A stretch of DNA of 64,000 bases. It comes from a virus. The notes under the pieces are model-generated. The model saw nothing but the letters and a program-made list of their open reading frames with translations, ran no database searches and had not been told where the DNA came from. Position 1 is the first letter of the stretch, and each line of letters starts with the position of its first letter. The stretch is from IMG/VR virus record IMGVR_UViG_3300042910_000038. One strand, given 5' to 3'. Both the position numbers and the translations under genes were made by a program. Below are positions 46,124-54,368 of the stretch, one piece after another.

Positions 46124-46441
46124 TTGGTGTCTCCGTTGCCGGTTTACGTTTGTCCAAAATGCGGTAGGCGAGTTGAACTTCCAGAAGGCAACTACTACTG
46201 TAAGGTTTGCGGTCCAAGCGTTATTATGGAAAAATCCCCCTTTACTGAGAAGGACATTAAAGTGGGTAAAATTGTTAAATCTATTGGCAAGGAGTTTGAC
46301 TGGTTTATTGGTAGAACAGAAGTTGACTTTGAAAAGCTTAAGAAGGAAGACCCTGAAACTTACGAAGACTTCATGGAACTAATTGACAAAATGAAAACTT
46401 TAATCTACACAAGAACGTTGGCGGTGAAAGAAAAAACATAA
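46124..46441 (+). CDS. Zinc-leader protein 1
   Basis: PVYVCPKCGRRVELPEGNYYCKVCGP. Confidence 0.7.
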   Translation: MVSPLPVYVCPKCGRRVELPEGNYYCKVCGPSVIMEKSPFTEKDIKVGKIVKSIGKEFDWFIGRTEVDFEKLKKEDPETYEDFMELIDKMKTLIYTRTLAVKEKT

Positions 46442-46443
46442 AG

Positions 46444-46641
46444 GTGAATAAAATGCCAGTTTACAAATGCCCTAAATGCGGTCGAATCGTTGAGCTTCCA
46501 GAAGGCAACTACTGTTGCAAAATTTGCGGTCCCTCGGCTAGGCTGGTTAAAGCTTCAGTCGGCGGCGACCCGAATCATTTAGAGGTTGAGCTTCGCTTTG
46601 CAAGTGAAGAGGAAGCTTTGAGGCAAGGCTACGTTGAATGA
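46444..46641 (+). CDS. Zinc-leader protein 2
   Basis: MPVYKCPKCGRIVELPEGNYCCKICGP. Confidence 0.7.
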   Translation: MNKMPVYKCPKCGRIVELPEGNYCCKICGPSARLVKASVGGDPNHLEVELRFASEEEALRQGYVE

Positions 46642-47041
46642 CCCCCAATCAGTTTACGAGATTTTCACGAAAGCTAGGCTGAAGGCTCTTCCAGTTTTAT
46701 ATGCTGAGGCTAGACGCTTCAACGTTAAAGTTCCACCCATAGTAAGCGTTAAGGAAATTATGATTGGCGATAAAAGGGCTTTTGGACTATACGAGTTCAA
46801 TAAAAGACGGATTCTGATTAACCGGGCAAAGATTAAAGAGGGACTTGAATTAGGCTACGAGCCTGACGCCATTGTGGGCGAAATGATAACAACCATAATT
46901 CACGAGTTCAAACACTACATCGACCACGTAGCATACGGAGTAGGCTTGGAAAAATACCTGCAGAACCAGCTAAAATATGAAAGGGAAGCATATGAATACA
47001 CTCGACAAATAATTTTCAAATATTGGAAAATCAAGCTCTAA
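46634..47041 (+). CDS. Zincin-like HExxH protein
   Basis: TTIIHEFKHYID...EREAYE. Confidence 0.65.
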   Translation: MNDPQSVYEIFTKARLKALPVLYAEARRFNVKVPPIVSVKEIMIGDKRAFGLYEFNKRRILINRAKIKEGLELGYEPDAIVGEMITTIIHEFKHYIDHVAYGVGLEKYLQNQLKYEREAYEYTRQIIFKYWKIKL

Positions 47042-47068
47042 TTAGGACACCCAAAAAAGTTTTGGTGG

Positions 47069-47305
47069 CTATTGCTGTTTTAATGCTTCCCTGCCCTTTT
47101 CTGTAATCTTCCATAATGACAGCTTCGATGTTATCTTCCGCCTTTCAACGTATCCGTCGGCAGCCAACGTTAAAAGCCGATAGCGAACTTTCTCGCGTTC
47201 AACACCTAAATCCTTAACAGCCGCTAAAATCTCGCCTGTCGCCCTTTCACCGTTCTGAGCCAGAAACTCCAGTATTCTTTTAGACAGCTCGTCAAATTCG
47301 CTCAT
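47069..47305 (-). CDS. Winged-helix DNA-binding protein
   Basis: VRYRLLTLAADGYVERR..WKITEKGREAL. Confidence 0.75.
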   Translation of the reverse strand: MSEFDELSKRILEFLAQNGERATGEILAAVKDLGVEREKVRYRLLTLAADGYVERRKITSKLSLWKITEKGREALKQQ

Positions 47306-47310
47306 TTACA

Positions 47311-47586
47311 TCACCTTCTTCTAGCCTCTTCTAATGCACCTTCAAGCTTAAGAAGTTGGTCGTTCATCTGTTCAACCATCGCTACTACGTTGTCAAAGAT
47401 GCTGTGGGCTAAACCTGTAGCTTTGCCAAGCTCTTCAGCCAGCGAATTAATCTCGTCCGCCAATACGGGTTTCCCGCTTTTAAGCCTATGAACAACGCTT
47501 TCAAGATGCCTTAGAGCAGTCTCATGGAAAGCTACATGAAGCTCCCAAACCTCTTTCTTCCAATCCTTCTTCAACATTTTAAACAC
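47311..47586 (-). CDS. Helical hypothetical protein
   Basis: Follows motif. Confidence 0.5.
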   Translation of the reverse strand: MFKMLKKDWKKEVWELHVAFHETALRHLESVVHRLKSGKPVLADEINSLAEELGKATGLAHSIFDNVVAMVEQMNDQLLKLEGALEEARRR

Positions 47587-47612
47587 CCAAAAAACAATAC
47601 AACTTTACAGAA

Positions 47613-47963
47613 TTAGAGTTTTGCGCGTTTATAACATTCTAGATGGTACGTTTTCCCGTTGGTAAAAACCGAGCTATCTTTGACTCTAACCATTTTGCCA
47701 CATACTGGACACTTGCCAGAAAACCATGAAACGCCAAGCAGAACCTTCTTACACTTTGGACAAACAAGGCTCTCCTTTCTATCCTTCAGCAAAGGCTTGA
47801 ACCTCTTACGGTAATAAGACATGCTGTACAGCAAACCCCTTGACGTCTTATATCTGTACCATTCAAACCCGCAAAGGTTACACCTTATCCAGTCAATCCC
47901 CAACTTTAAACCATACTCGTCAACAACCTCAGCTATCTCATACTTCAACTCCATTCTCAACAC
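47613..47963 (-). CDS. Multi-zinc-finger protein
   Basis: CNLC, CPKC, CPVC, HLEC. Confidence 0.6.
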   Translation of the reverse strand: MLRMELKYEIAEVVDEYGLKLGIDWIRCNLCGFEWYRYKTSRGLLYSMSYYRKRFKPLLKDRKESLVCPKCKKVLLGVSWFSGKCPVCGKMVRVKDSSVFTNGKTYHLECYKRAKL

Positions 47964-47975
47964 CCAAAAACGAGT

Positions 47976-48617
47976 CTATGTTAAATGTTTTGCCATTCTT
48001 TTGAACCTCCAGTTTCCAGCAATAGGCTTATACTCGTATCCAAGCCTTTTAAGAAACTCTCTATACTTTTCCTCGTCTGGCGTTCCCTCATACAATGCAT
48101 CATTATCATGGGTGTACAGCGTGTGGACTTTGAATTTTGTTTTTAGGTAGTTTTCAAACCAGAGCCAAAGCTTCTCTAAAGTTTTCCAGTCAAACCCGTT
48201 TCCTCCGAAGCTTGGAACACCATCCTCGCTCAATTTGAAGCCCCTGTACAAGAAGCACTCCCACAAGGCACAGTGTCCGCCTTTCCTAAGCCAAGCCTGA
48301 GCGTTCCCAACCTGCTTAAACTCAACATTCTGCCTAACAACTTGAGAACGAACAACCCTCCCAATCAAGCTAGGCTCTTTCGCCCTTTCCTCAGCAGTCG
48401 CCGGCTTAATACTTATCAAAACAGTCGGCGAAATCCATGGAACAACAGGACGCACATGAACATAAGTGTCAAAGCCATTGTAAACTTCACGCTCAACAAG
48501 GTCATCCATGCCCAAACTTATAGGATGATAGTCTTCAACGTGGACTTTAACGCATAAACCATCACAGATTTCGTAGAATTCAGTAAAGTATTCATTTGAA
48601 ACAGGCAAAGCAAACAC
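47976..48617 (-). CDS. Hypothetical protein
   Basis: 213-aa ORF after motif; no confident family. Confidence 0.55.
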   Translation of the reverse strand: MFALPVSNEYFTEFYEICDGLCVKVHVEDYHPISLGMDDLVEREVYNGFDTYVHVRPVVPWISPTVLISIKPATAEERAKEPSLIGRVVRSQVVRQNVEFKQVGNAQAWLRKGGHCALWECFLYRGFKLSEDGVPSFGGNGFDWKTLEKLWLWFENYLKTKFKVHTLYTHDNDALYEGTPDEEKYREFLKRLGYEYKPIAGNWRFKRMAKHLT

Positions 48618-48626
48618 CCAATAATG

Positions 48627-49070
48627 CTAGGCTGTTGAGAGATATAGTTTTTCCATTTCCTCAGCTTTGTCATGTGCCTCCACATGTTTGTCCATGCATT
48701 TTTTGAATTCCCAAACGTCCTTAAGCCTTAAACACTGAAGGTCATAGTCACGGGGATAAATCCAATAACCAACAACTCTCTTTAGCTCTTCACACTCAAC
48801 AGCCTCATGAATGATGAAAGCTACAGCTTCTCTAAACTTCCCTTTATCCAAGTATCTCTCAACTATCAATATCCAACTGGGAAAGAACTCAGTAAACTTA
48901 TCCTTACTTATAGTGTAACCATGCTTCCTCAGAAAACGCTCAGCCTCTCTCCAAACATTCTCAGCCGGAGCAACAACCATCAATACTGATGGACCGCAAA
49001 ACTTACAATAATAGCTACCTTCAGGCAACTCAACAACCCTACCACACTTCGGACACTTATAGATTGGCAT
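48627..49070 (-). CDS. Zinc-leader protein 3
   Basis: MPIYKCPKCGRVVELPEGSYYCKFCGP; later HEAVE. Confidence 0.7.
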   Translation of the reverse strand: MPIYKCPKCGRVVELPEGSYYCKFCGPSVLMVVAPAENVWREAERFLRKHGYTISKDKFTEFFPSWILIVERYLDKGKFREAVAFIIHEAVECEELKRVVGYWIYPRDYDLQCLRLKDVWEFKKCMDKHVEAHDKAEEMEKLYLSTA

Positions 49071-49090
49071 ATTTACACCCAAAAAGCATC

Positions 49091-49297
49091 TCAGTCTTCC
49101 TTTTTGCAGTAGTCTCGGCAGAAAAGCTTTGGCAATCCGCTTGAAAATAATTCGCAGTCAACTCTTAGAAGAATATCTATTGAACGACAATGCTTACACG
49201 AATAGCACAATGCTGGTGTAGTCATCAATCTCAACAATTCTTCAAATCTTTGACGTACAAATTGAGCCAAATCCGCAAGAGGAATGTCTTTAGACAA
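49091..49297 (-). CDS. Cys-rich hypothetical protein
   Basis: CYSCKHC...C...CRDYC. Confidence 0.5.
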   Translation of the reverse strand: MSKDIPLADLAQFVRQRFEELLRLMTTPALCYSCKHCRSIDILLRVDCELFSSGLPKLFCRDYCKKED

Positions 49298-49300
49298 AGC

Positions 49301-49609
49301 TTAACCCCCTAATAGTGGTTTTAACCATTTTTGGCAGGCATGGCAACCTAAATCTAGGATTTTCTTCGCTCCTTTTGTCTCTGGCGTCCTTGAGTGTTTG
49401 CAGAAGTCGCAGTGGTCCCATAGCATGTTGCAGTCTAAACATTGAATCCAAACAAGATGGTAGCCATCATAGTATATTCTCACCTTATGCCCCAGATGGT
49501 CCGGAAGAACTTTGTCTATGTGCGCCTTGATTTTCTCGCCAATCTGCCTTAACTTAGGATGTCCAACCACTAAATCCTCAAACTTTTCCATCATCATGCT
49601 TTCACCCAA
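49301..49609 (-). CDS. Cys/His-rich hypothetical protein
   Basis: CLDC, CDFCKH, CHAC. Confidence 0.5.
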   Translation of the reverse strand: MGESMMMEKFEDLVVGHPKLRQIGEKIKAHIDKVLPDHLGHKVRIYYDGYHLVWIQCLDCNMLWDHCDFCKHSRTPETKGAKKILDLGCHACQKWLKPLLGG

Positions 49610-49623
49610 AAGCTTAATGCCAG

Positions 49624-50766
49624 TTAGGTTTTCTCTAGGACTTCAAGTATTATCCATGTGTGGCAGTATGGATATTCCCATTCTTCCTCCTCGCATACGA
49701 ATACAACTGTTTTGTCCTTTGCCCATTCTCTGTATATGTCGGCTTTCCTTCTAATCATAACTTCGGGAACTTCCGAGAGAAATCTCCGCTTATACTCTTC
49801 CCATCTTTCCCTCGTCTTCGGACCAGCCTTCCACCATGAAAGCAACTGTGGACTTGGAGCCAAATCCCTATCCCAAACATCAAACACTCCACTCTGCTCC
49901 TTCAAAACCTTCAAGCCTCGCACCCTAACCTCTATAGGAACATAGCGTGTCACCAGAACATAGAACTCATCAGGACGAGGATTCTCAATAACTTCCCTAA
50001 CACTCCTACGCTTAAAACCACTACTCTTAACAGTTTTCTCCCATGCTCTTGCAAGTCTTTTAAGCCGCCTATATCCACTTTCACGCGCCCTAACAAGCTC
50101 ATCAACCTTCTCTGCATGGGCAGGCAACTGCGGCTTATAATATCCTGCTAACTTTTCCTCAACATATTTCTTAGCCTCCTCTATATCCCTTGCCTCGAAA
50201 ACCTCTTCATACTCGGCTGGAGGATAGAGAATTTCCCGTTTCAGCTCCTCAAAATCCTTGATGCTGTGGACATACCAGACGTAAACCTTGTCCTCTTCAT
50301 CATAATATAGTGAATGAATATAATCCGTAGTAGCCGTCCACCAAATACCCGCAGAATCCCTAACCCACTTCAACCTCGAACCATGCACACTTCCACCCAA
50401 ACTTGAACCAGTAACTCCTTTGATGAAACGTTCCCTAACCTCTTCAGGCGTGGGATATTTTGGACTACTGTGATGCTTTGGAATTTTCAGAGCTTCGCCA
50501 TGTCTCAAAGTTTTAATCTTCGGGTAGTACTCTTCAATAATGTCGTCTGGAACACCGTAAAGCCTCAAATAATCAATAACTCCACTATAAGACGCTGTAG
50601 CATACTCACCTACAACAAAAGTCCCATGAACATTCTTAACGGTAACATAATCGCCATACACCCGCTCACGAACCATTAACGTGGCTGGTCCACAAACTTT
50701 ACAGTAATAATTACCCTCTGGAAGCTCAACCGTCCGTTCGCACTTAGGGCATTTATAGACTGGCAT
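49624..50766 (-). CDS. Zinc-leader protein 4, multidomain with C-terminal DUF488-like domain
   Basis: MPVYKCPKCERTVELPEGNYYCKVCGP; WDRDLAPSPQLLSWW..WEEYKRRFLSE..VFVCEE..CH. Confidence 0.65.
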   Translation of the reverse strand: MPVYKCPKCERTVELPEGNYYCKVCGPATLMVRERVYGDYVTVKNVHGTFVVGEYATASYSGVIDYLRLYGVPDDIIEEYYPKIKTLRHGEALKIPKHHSSPKYPTPEEVRERFIKGVTGSSLGGSVHGSRLKWVRDSAGIWWTATTDYIHSLYYDEEDKVYVWYVHSIKDFEELKREILYPPAEYEEVFEARDIEEAKKYVEEKLAGYYKPQLPAHAEKVDELVRARESGYRRLKRLARAWEKTVKSSGFKRRSVREVIENPRPDEFYVLVTRYVPIEVRVRGLKVLKEQSGVFDVWDRDLAPSPQLLSWWKAGPKTRERWEEYKRRFLSEVPEVMIRRKADIYREWAKDKTVVFVCEEEEWEYPYCHTWIILEVLEKT

Positions 50767-50777
50767 TGATTGTCACT

Positions 50778-51125
50778 CTAAATACGGTATCCGAAGCATA
50801 TTAAATCGTAAAACTCAAACAAATACTCGTATTTGCCAGATTCCAGTTCACGCTTCAGAATCTTCTTTAGTATCTCTTCAGCCTCAGCCATAGACACCTT
50901 CATTTCCTTAGCAATCCGCTTGACAACTTCCTTCCTAGGCAAACACGTAGAATCAGAAATACCGTCCCCCTGTTCCCAAATCACATCCTTCGCTATCTCA
51001 AGGGCTTTTTCAACAACATCTTCCTGCTTAACCATCAAGACATCTGGACCACACTTTGAACAGTAATATGTCCCCTCAGGCTTTTCAACCGACCTACCAC
51101 ATTTAGGACAAACATAAACTGGCAT
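50778..51125 (-). CDS. Zinc-leader protein 5
   Basis: MPVYVCPKCGRSVEKPEGTYYCSKCGP. Confidence 0.7.
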   Translation of the reverse strand: MPVYVCPKCGRSVEKPEGTYYCSKCGPDVLMVKQEDVVEKALEIAKDVIWEQGDGISDSTCLPRKEVVKRIAKEMKVSMAEAEEILKKILKRELESGKYEYLFEFYDLICFGYRI

Positions 51126-51131
51126 CCGTTT

Positions 51132-51497
51132 TCACCCAAACCTTGCTTTCATAGCTAATTCTGCCTCTTCGTTTGTCAGTAAGCCTCGCCTGTTCCAAGC
51201 CGCAACGAAATCCTGCCACAAAACATTCTTCTGCGTAGGCGTCAAAGTCCTATCCAATTCCAGAACACTCCAAACAGCATGCATAGCCGGATGACTCCTA
51301 ATAACGTCCATAGGCTCAGCGGGAACACCGCCCGGAACAGCAGCCAACTCCTTAAGCGTTGTCTTCCCAACAAACTTCATAATGTGCGCCGGACCGCAAA
51401 CCTTGCAATAATAAGTTCCCGGCTTCTCCATAGCAACCTCTCTTCCACACTTTGGACACCTGTAAACCCAACGCTCTTCAGCCAATATTCCACCCAA
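51132..51497 (-). CDS. Zinc-leader protein 6
   Basis: WVYRCPKCGREVAMEKPGTYYCKVCGP. Confidence 0.7.
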   Translation of the reverse strand: MGGILAEERWVYRCPKCGREVAMEKPGTYYCKVCGPAHIMKFVGKTTLKELAAVPGGVPAEPMDVIRSHPAMHAVWSVLELDRTLTPTQKNVLWQDFVAAWNRRGLLTNEEAELAMKARFG

Positions 51498-51513
51498 AAA
51501 TATTTTGATGGTT

Positions 51514-52185
51514 TCACCTATATTTGCTTAATGTTTTCACTATGGCGTTCACCTCTCTCCTGCTCTGTTTATGTTTAACCATCCTTGCAAGCTTCTGGCA
51601 GTCTCTGAAATCCTTAGAGCCAAGCTTGTTCCAAACGCAGAAAGCAATATACCTCGCAATCTTCGGGTTAACCTTCTCCCTCCTCACAAGCACGTTCTTG
51701 GCAACTTGAAGAAACTCGTTCCACTTGTAAGGCTTAAACTTCAAAACAACAAAACGGCTCAGCAACTCCTCAGGCAACTCACTGACATCGTTAGCCGCCC
51801 CAACCACAATAGTTTCAAGCCTCTCAACCCTACTCCTCTTATGCAAAGTCTCAACAACAAGACCAGTCTCCATAAGCGACAGCAAAACAGCCAAACACTC
51901 CCTATCAGCCACCTTGTCAATCTCGTCCAGAAGCAAAATCTTGGGCTTCTGCTCAAGCAACAGCCAAGTCAATCCAGCGCGACTTAACCGAGAGCCAAGC
52001 ACATACGCTGAACCCTTAACCCTCTGCAGACACAACAGAAACAAAGACTTCGCGGACGCTGGCGGACCATAAAGCAGAAAATGAACTGGAAGACCATCTC
52101 CATGCATGCGCAGAGCCTTCAGGAAAAGCGCCTTAACATCTTCGTATCCGATAATCGGGTCGAAAATGGACGGATTGACTTTCAC
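51514..52185 (-). CDS. Stand-alone AAA+ ATPase (MCM/RuvB-like)
   Basis: Walker A YGPPASAKS, Walker B LLLDEIDK, GAAN, SRF. Confidence 0.85.
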   Translation of the reverse strand: MKVNPSIFDPIIGYEDVKALFLKALRMHGDGLPVHFLLYGPPASAKSLFLLCLQRVKGSAYVLGSRLSRAGLTWLLLEQKPKILLLDEIDKVADRECLAVLLSLMETGLVVETLHKRSRVERLETIVVGAANDVSELPEELLSRFVVLKFKPYKWNEFLQVAKNVLVRREKVNPKIARYIAFCVWNKLGSKDFRDCQKLARMVKHKQSRREVNAIVKTLSKYR

Positions 52186-52200
52186 ACTTTACACCCAAAA

Positions 52201-52292
52201 TAAGCGATTGATTGTGTGACTGGCTGATGCGCGTATGGCTAGACCAAAGCCTGTCTGGAAGACCGAGCTGTGTTTGGGGGAAAGTTGGTTTG
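52201..52292 (-). ncRNA. CNNN-periodic unit D (candidate guide RNA)
   Basis: caaa ccaa cttt cccc caaa caca gct cggt cttc caga cagg cttt ggtc tagc cata cgcg cat cagc cagt caca caat caat cgct. Confidence 0.6.
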
Positions 52293-52303
52293 CACCCAAA
52301 AAA

Positions 52304-52402
52304 GGATTGGATGAAGGGATGAAGGGACCCTTGCATGAAGGCTGTACGCGTGCATGCTAGGACGGATGACTGATTACATAACGATTAAGACTTGCCCCGT
52401 TG
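52304..52402 (-). ncRNA. CNNN-periodic unit C (candidate guide RNA)
   Basis: taat cagt catc cgtc ctag catg cacg cgta cagc ctt catg caag ggtc cctt catc cctt catc caat. Confidence 0.6.
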
Positions 52403-53074
52403 TTAATCCACTTTTTCGAATTTTACTATTTTTACCTTTCCCCTTTTGGTTGGTCCAAACTTGGCTGTTTCCAGTGCATGTAGTATTTGAGCCATTTCGT
52501 CATCTTCCAATGGTGCCACCCCGTTTGATGTTATCGTGCATGGTATGTTTATGTCTTTTATCACCTCGTACGCTATGTCAGCTCTGACTTTTTCTCCTGA
52601 CCTCTGCTTCGAATGTCTGGTCTCGCTTACAATATCGATGTAAAGCTTGTCTTTAACGTCTTCCAGCGGAACTTCAAACCATTCCGGCTCAATAGTGACC
52701 AGTGCAACTTTTGGCAGTTTATACCCTAAGCTTTTAATCTCTTTGCACACCTGCCTTAGGGTAGTGTCTAAAATTCCGAAATGTCCGCCAAAGGGTATCA
52801 ACAGCTTTTTCCCGTCTTTGCTCCGTGGGAAAGTTCTGAACGGTATTTCTTTCTCTTCAGACTTAACGACGCTTGTCGTCCTTGAACGTTTCTTAGACTT
52901 CTCCTTTGTCACTTCTTTGTTAGTAACTGCAATAATTTGTTTCTCTGGAAGTTGGTACCACATTGTATACTGCGGGTCCTGCCTTGCATAGAGCCTTTCA
53001 ATCTTAAACTCAACGTTCCAAGCAACGTCCTTAGACCTCCAAGCATTAATAAGAGGCGTCAAATCCGTAGCCAT
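52403..53074 (-). CDS. Solitary Cas7/Csf2-like RAMP-fold protein (putative)
   Basis: Strand WNVEFKIERLYAR, FPRSKDGKKLLIPFGGHFGILDTTL, AYEVIKDINIPCTI, helix, Gly-loop FGPTKRG then KVKIVKFE; start reassigned to ATG 53074. Confidence 0.55.
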   Translation of the reverse strand: MATDLTPLINAWRSKDVAWNVEFKIERLYARQDPQYTMWYQLPEKQIIAVTNKEVTKEKSKKRSRTTSVVKSEEKEIPFRTFPRSKDGKKLLIPFGGHFGILDTTLRQVCKEIKSLGYKLPKVALVTIEPEWFEVPLEDVKDKLYIDIVSETRHSKQRSGEKVRADIAYEVIKDINIPCTITSNGVAPLEDDEMAQILHALETAKFGPTKRGKVKIVKFEKVD

Positions 53075-53119
53075 TTTCCCACTTTCCTCCTTTTCCACTT
53101 TAGGCTTACACCCAAAAAA

Positions 53120-53204
53120 GTTGACAGACTGCCTGGAAGGGTGTACGTCTGGTTAAGTGAATGGCTGATTGGTCTCTTCAGGGAGTGCACGCCTGAAAGT
53201 CTGG
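53120..53204 (-). ncRNA. CNNN-periodic unit B (candidate guide RNA)
   Basis: 21 tetramers in unbroken register; 18 start with C, 14 have A second. Confidence 0.65.
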
Positions 53205-53213
53205 CACCCAAAA

Positions 53214-53286
53214 GTTGGGCGACTACATGACTGTCTGTTTGAATGTGGATTGAACGCTGAGTGTCAACTACACGCTGGACTGAGTG
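53214..53286 (-). ncRNA. CNNN-periodic unit A (candidate guide RNA)
   Basis: cact cagt ccag cgtg tagt tga cact cag cgtt caat cca catt caaa caga cagt catg tagt cgcc caac. Confidence 0.6.
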
Positions 53287-53303
53287 CACCCAAAAAGGCT
53301 TGT

Positions 53304-53594
53304 TTACATGAATTCGTGTAGGTATGCGTTTTTTGCTTGTAGCTTGTAGTCCGCCAAGACTTTTGGTATAGGTTCGCCTTTTGCAACTCTGTTTATAGCT
53401 TCTAAAAGCATTTCTCGACCTCTAAACCCTTCACTTTTAGGGTAAATCCGGTCTTCATTCTCAAACATAAACTGCAACAGCCTCAAAACATCTTCAACAG
53501 TAAAAACCTCTTCACCATCCGTTTCTAACAACAGAATCCAATCTCTCTCATGCTTTTTACCCTTAACATAACGCCATCTGACCACAAACAACAC
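53304..53594 (-). CDS. Hypothetical protein
   Basis: Follows motif variant; directly upstream of unit A. Confidence 0.55.
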   Translation of the reverse strand: MLFVVRWRYVKGKKHERDWILLLETDGEEVFTVEDVLRLLQFMFENEDRIYPKSEGFRGREMLLEAINRVAKGEPIPKVLADYKLQAKNAYLHEFM

Positions 53595-53601
53595 CCAACA
53601 T

Positions 53602-53815
53602 TTAACCCTCTTTCAGCTCTATTTTGAAGTTTCCCGTAAGCCGATAGTTTTCCAGCTCCTGCCAACAAACATATCTGTAGGCTGGGCATCCATATTCAGA
53701 GCAGTTTTCTGGAAAGTCTCTGGTGCAGTTTCCCGCAGTTTGGACAATGAATCTCCCAGTCAAAGTTTATGCACTTCCTCTCAAATACACACCAGTAAAT
53801 ATCCTTCTTCTTCAA
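53602..53815 (-). pseudogene. Frameshifted Cys-rich small gene
   Basis: MKKKDIYWCVF..CPNC in one frame, ..CSEYGCPAYRYVCW.. in another; AAACTGC repeated at the switch. Confidence 0.4.
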
Positions 53816-53839
53816 ATTCGACACCCAAAAAAAGCATTT

Positions 53840-54055
53840 TTATTCTTCTAGAATCTCGATTTCCTCAATCTCTTCAATTGGAATCTCAATTGTCCCTCTT
53901 TGTCGCTCTGGATAGACCTCCATCCATGGACTAATTATGACTTTGGGCATCCGCACGTAGTTTCTAATGATAACATGCTTGTCATCTCGCTCTACAAGTT
54001 CACCTTCTATCACTCCATCCCAAAATCCCCTCTTTTTCTTAACTCTAACCTTCAT
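53840..54055 (-). CDS. Small beta protein (Sm/SH3-like pattern)
   Basis: VIEGELVERDDKHVIIRN...IEIPIEEIEEIEI. Confidence 0.5.
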   Translation of the reverse strand: MKVRVKKKRGFWDGVIEGELVERDDKHVIIRNYVRMPKVIISPWMEVYPERQRGTIEIPIEEIEEIEILEE

Positions 54056-54074
54056 AAGTTATCACCCAAAAATT

Positions 54075-54359
54075 CTATTTTGGCTTTAGGTCTATTACGA
54101 TTTTGTCTCCCCTTTCAAGATACTCCTTTAAGTTCGCTAGAAAACACTTTGAACACATGGCAAGACCTCCTCGCATAACATAGCCTCCTACAACTTTCTC
54201 ATCTTTAAAGCGCATCAGGATATAATCGAAAGGCTGGTGGACAACTAATGCTGGAAAATCCATCAAAGGCTTAGAACACAAGTCGCAAACAGGATTAGCC
54301 ACAGCAAACCTTTCACGATTCCAAAGCTCGATTTTAACCTCAGCCAAACCAACACCCAA
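54075..54359 (-). CDS. Zinc-binding hypothetical protein
   Basis: CDLC...CSKC. Confidence 0.5.
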   Translation of the reverse strand: MGVGLAEVKIELWNRERFAVANPVCDLCSKPLMDFPALVVHQPFDYILMRFKDEKVVGGYVMRGGLAMCSKCFLANLKEYLERGDKIVIDLKPK

Positions 54360-54368
54360 AAATGCTTT

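Noticed and set aside
52133-53289. Track ORFs over the periodic tracts (52133-52336, 52354-52587, 52937-53230, 53059-53289)
   Set aside because: No motifs, odd composition, and a 4-nt periodicity that is incompatible with coding; treated as non-coding.
52192-53296. Classical CRISPR mini-array
   Set aside because: The only repeat is a 9-11 nt motif shared with the whole arm; no 25-40 nt direct repeats, and the intervening units have internal periodicity.
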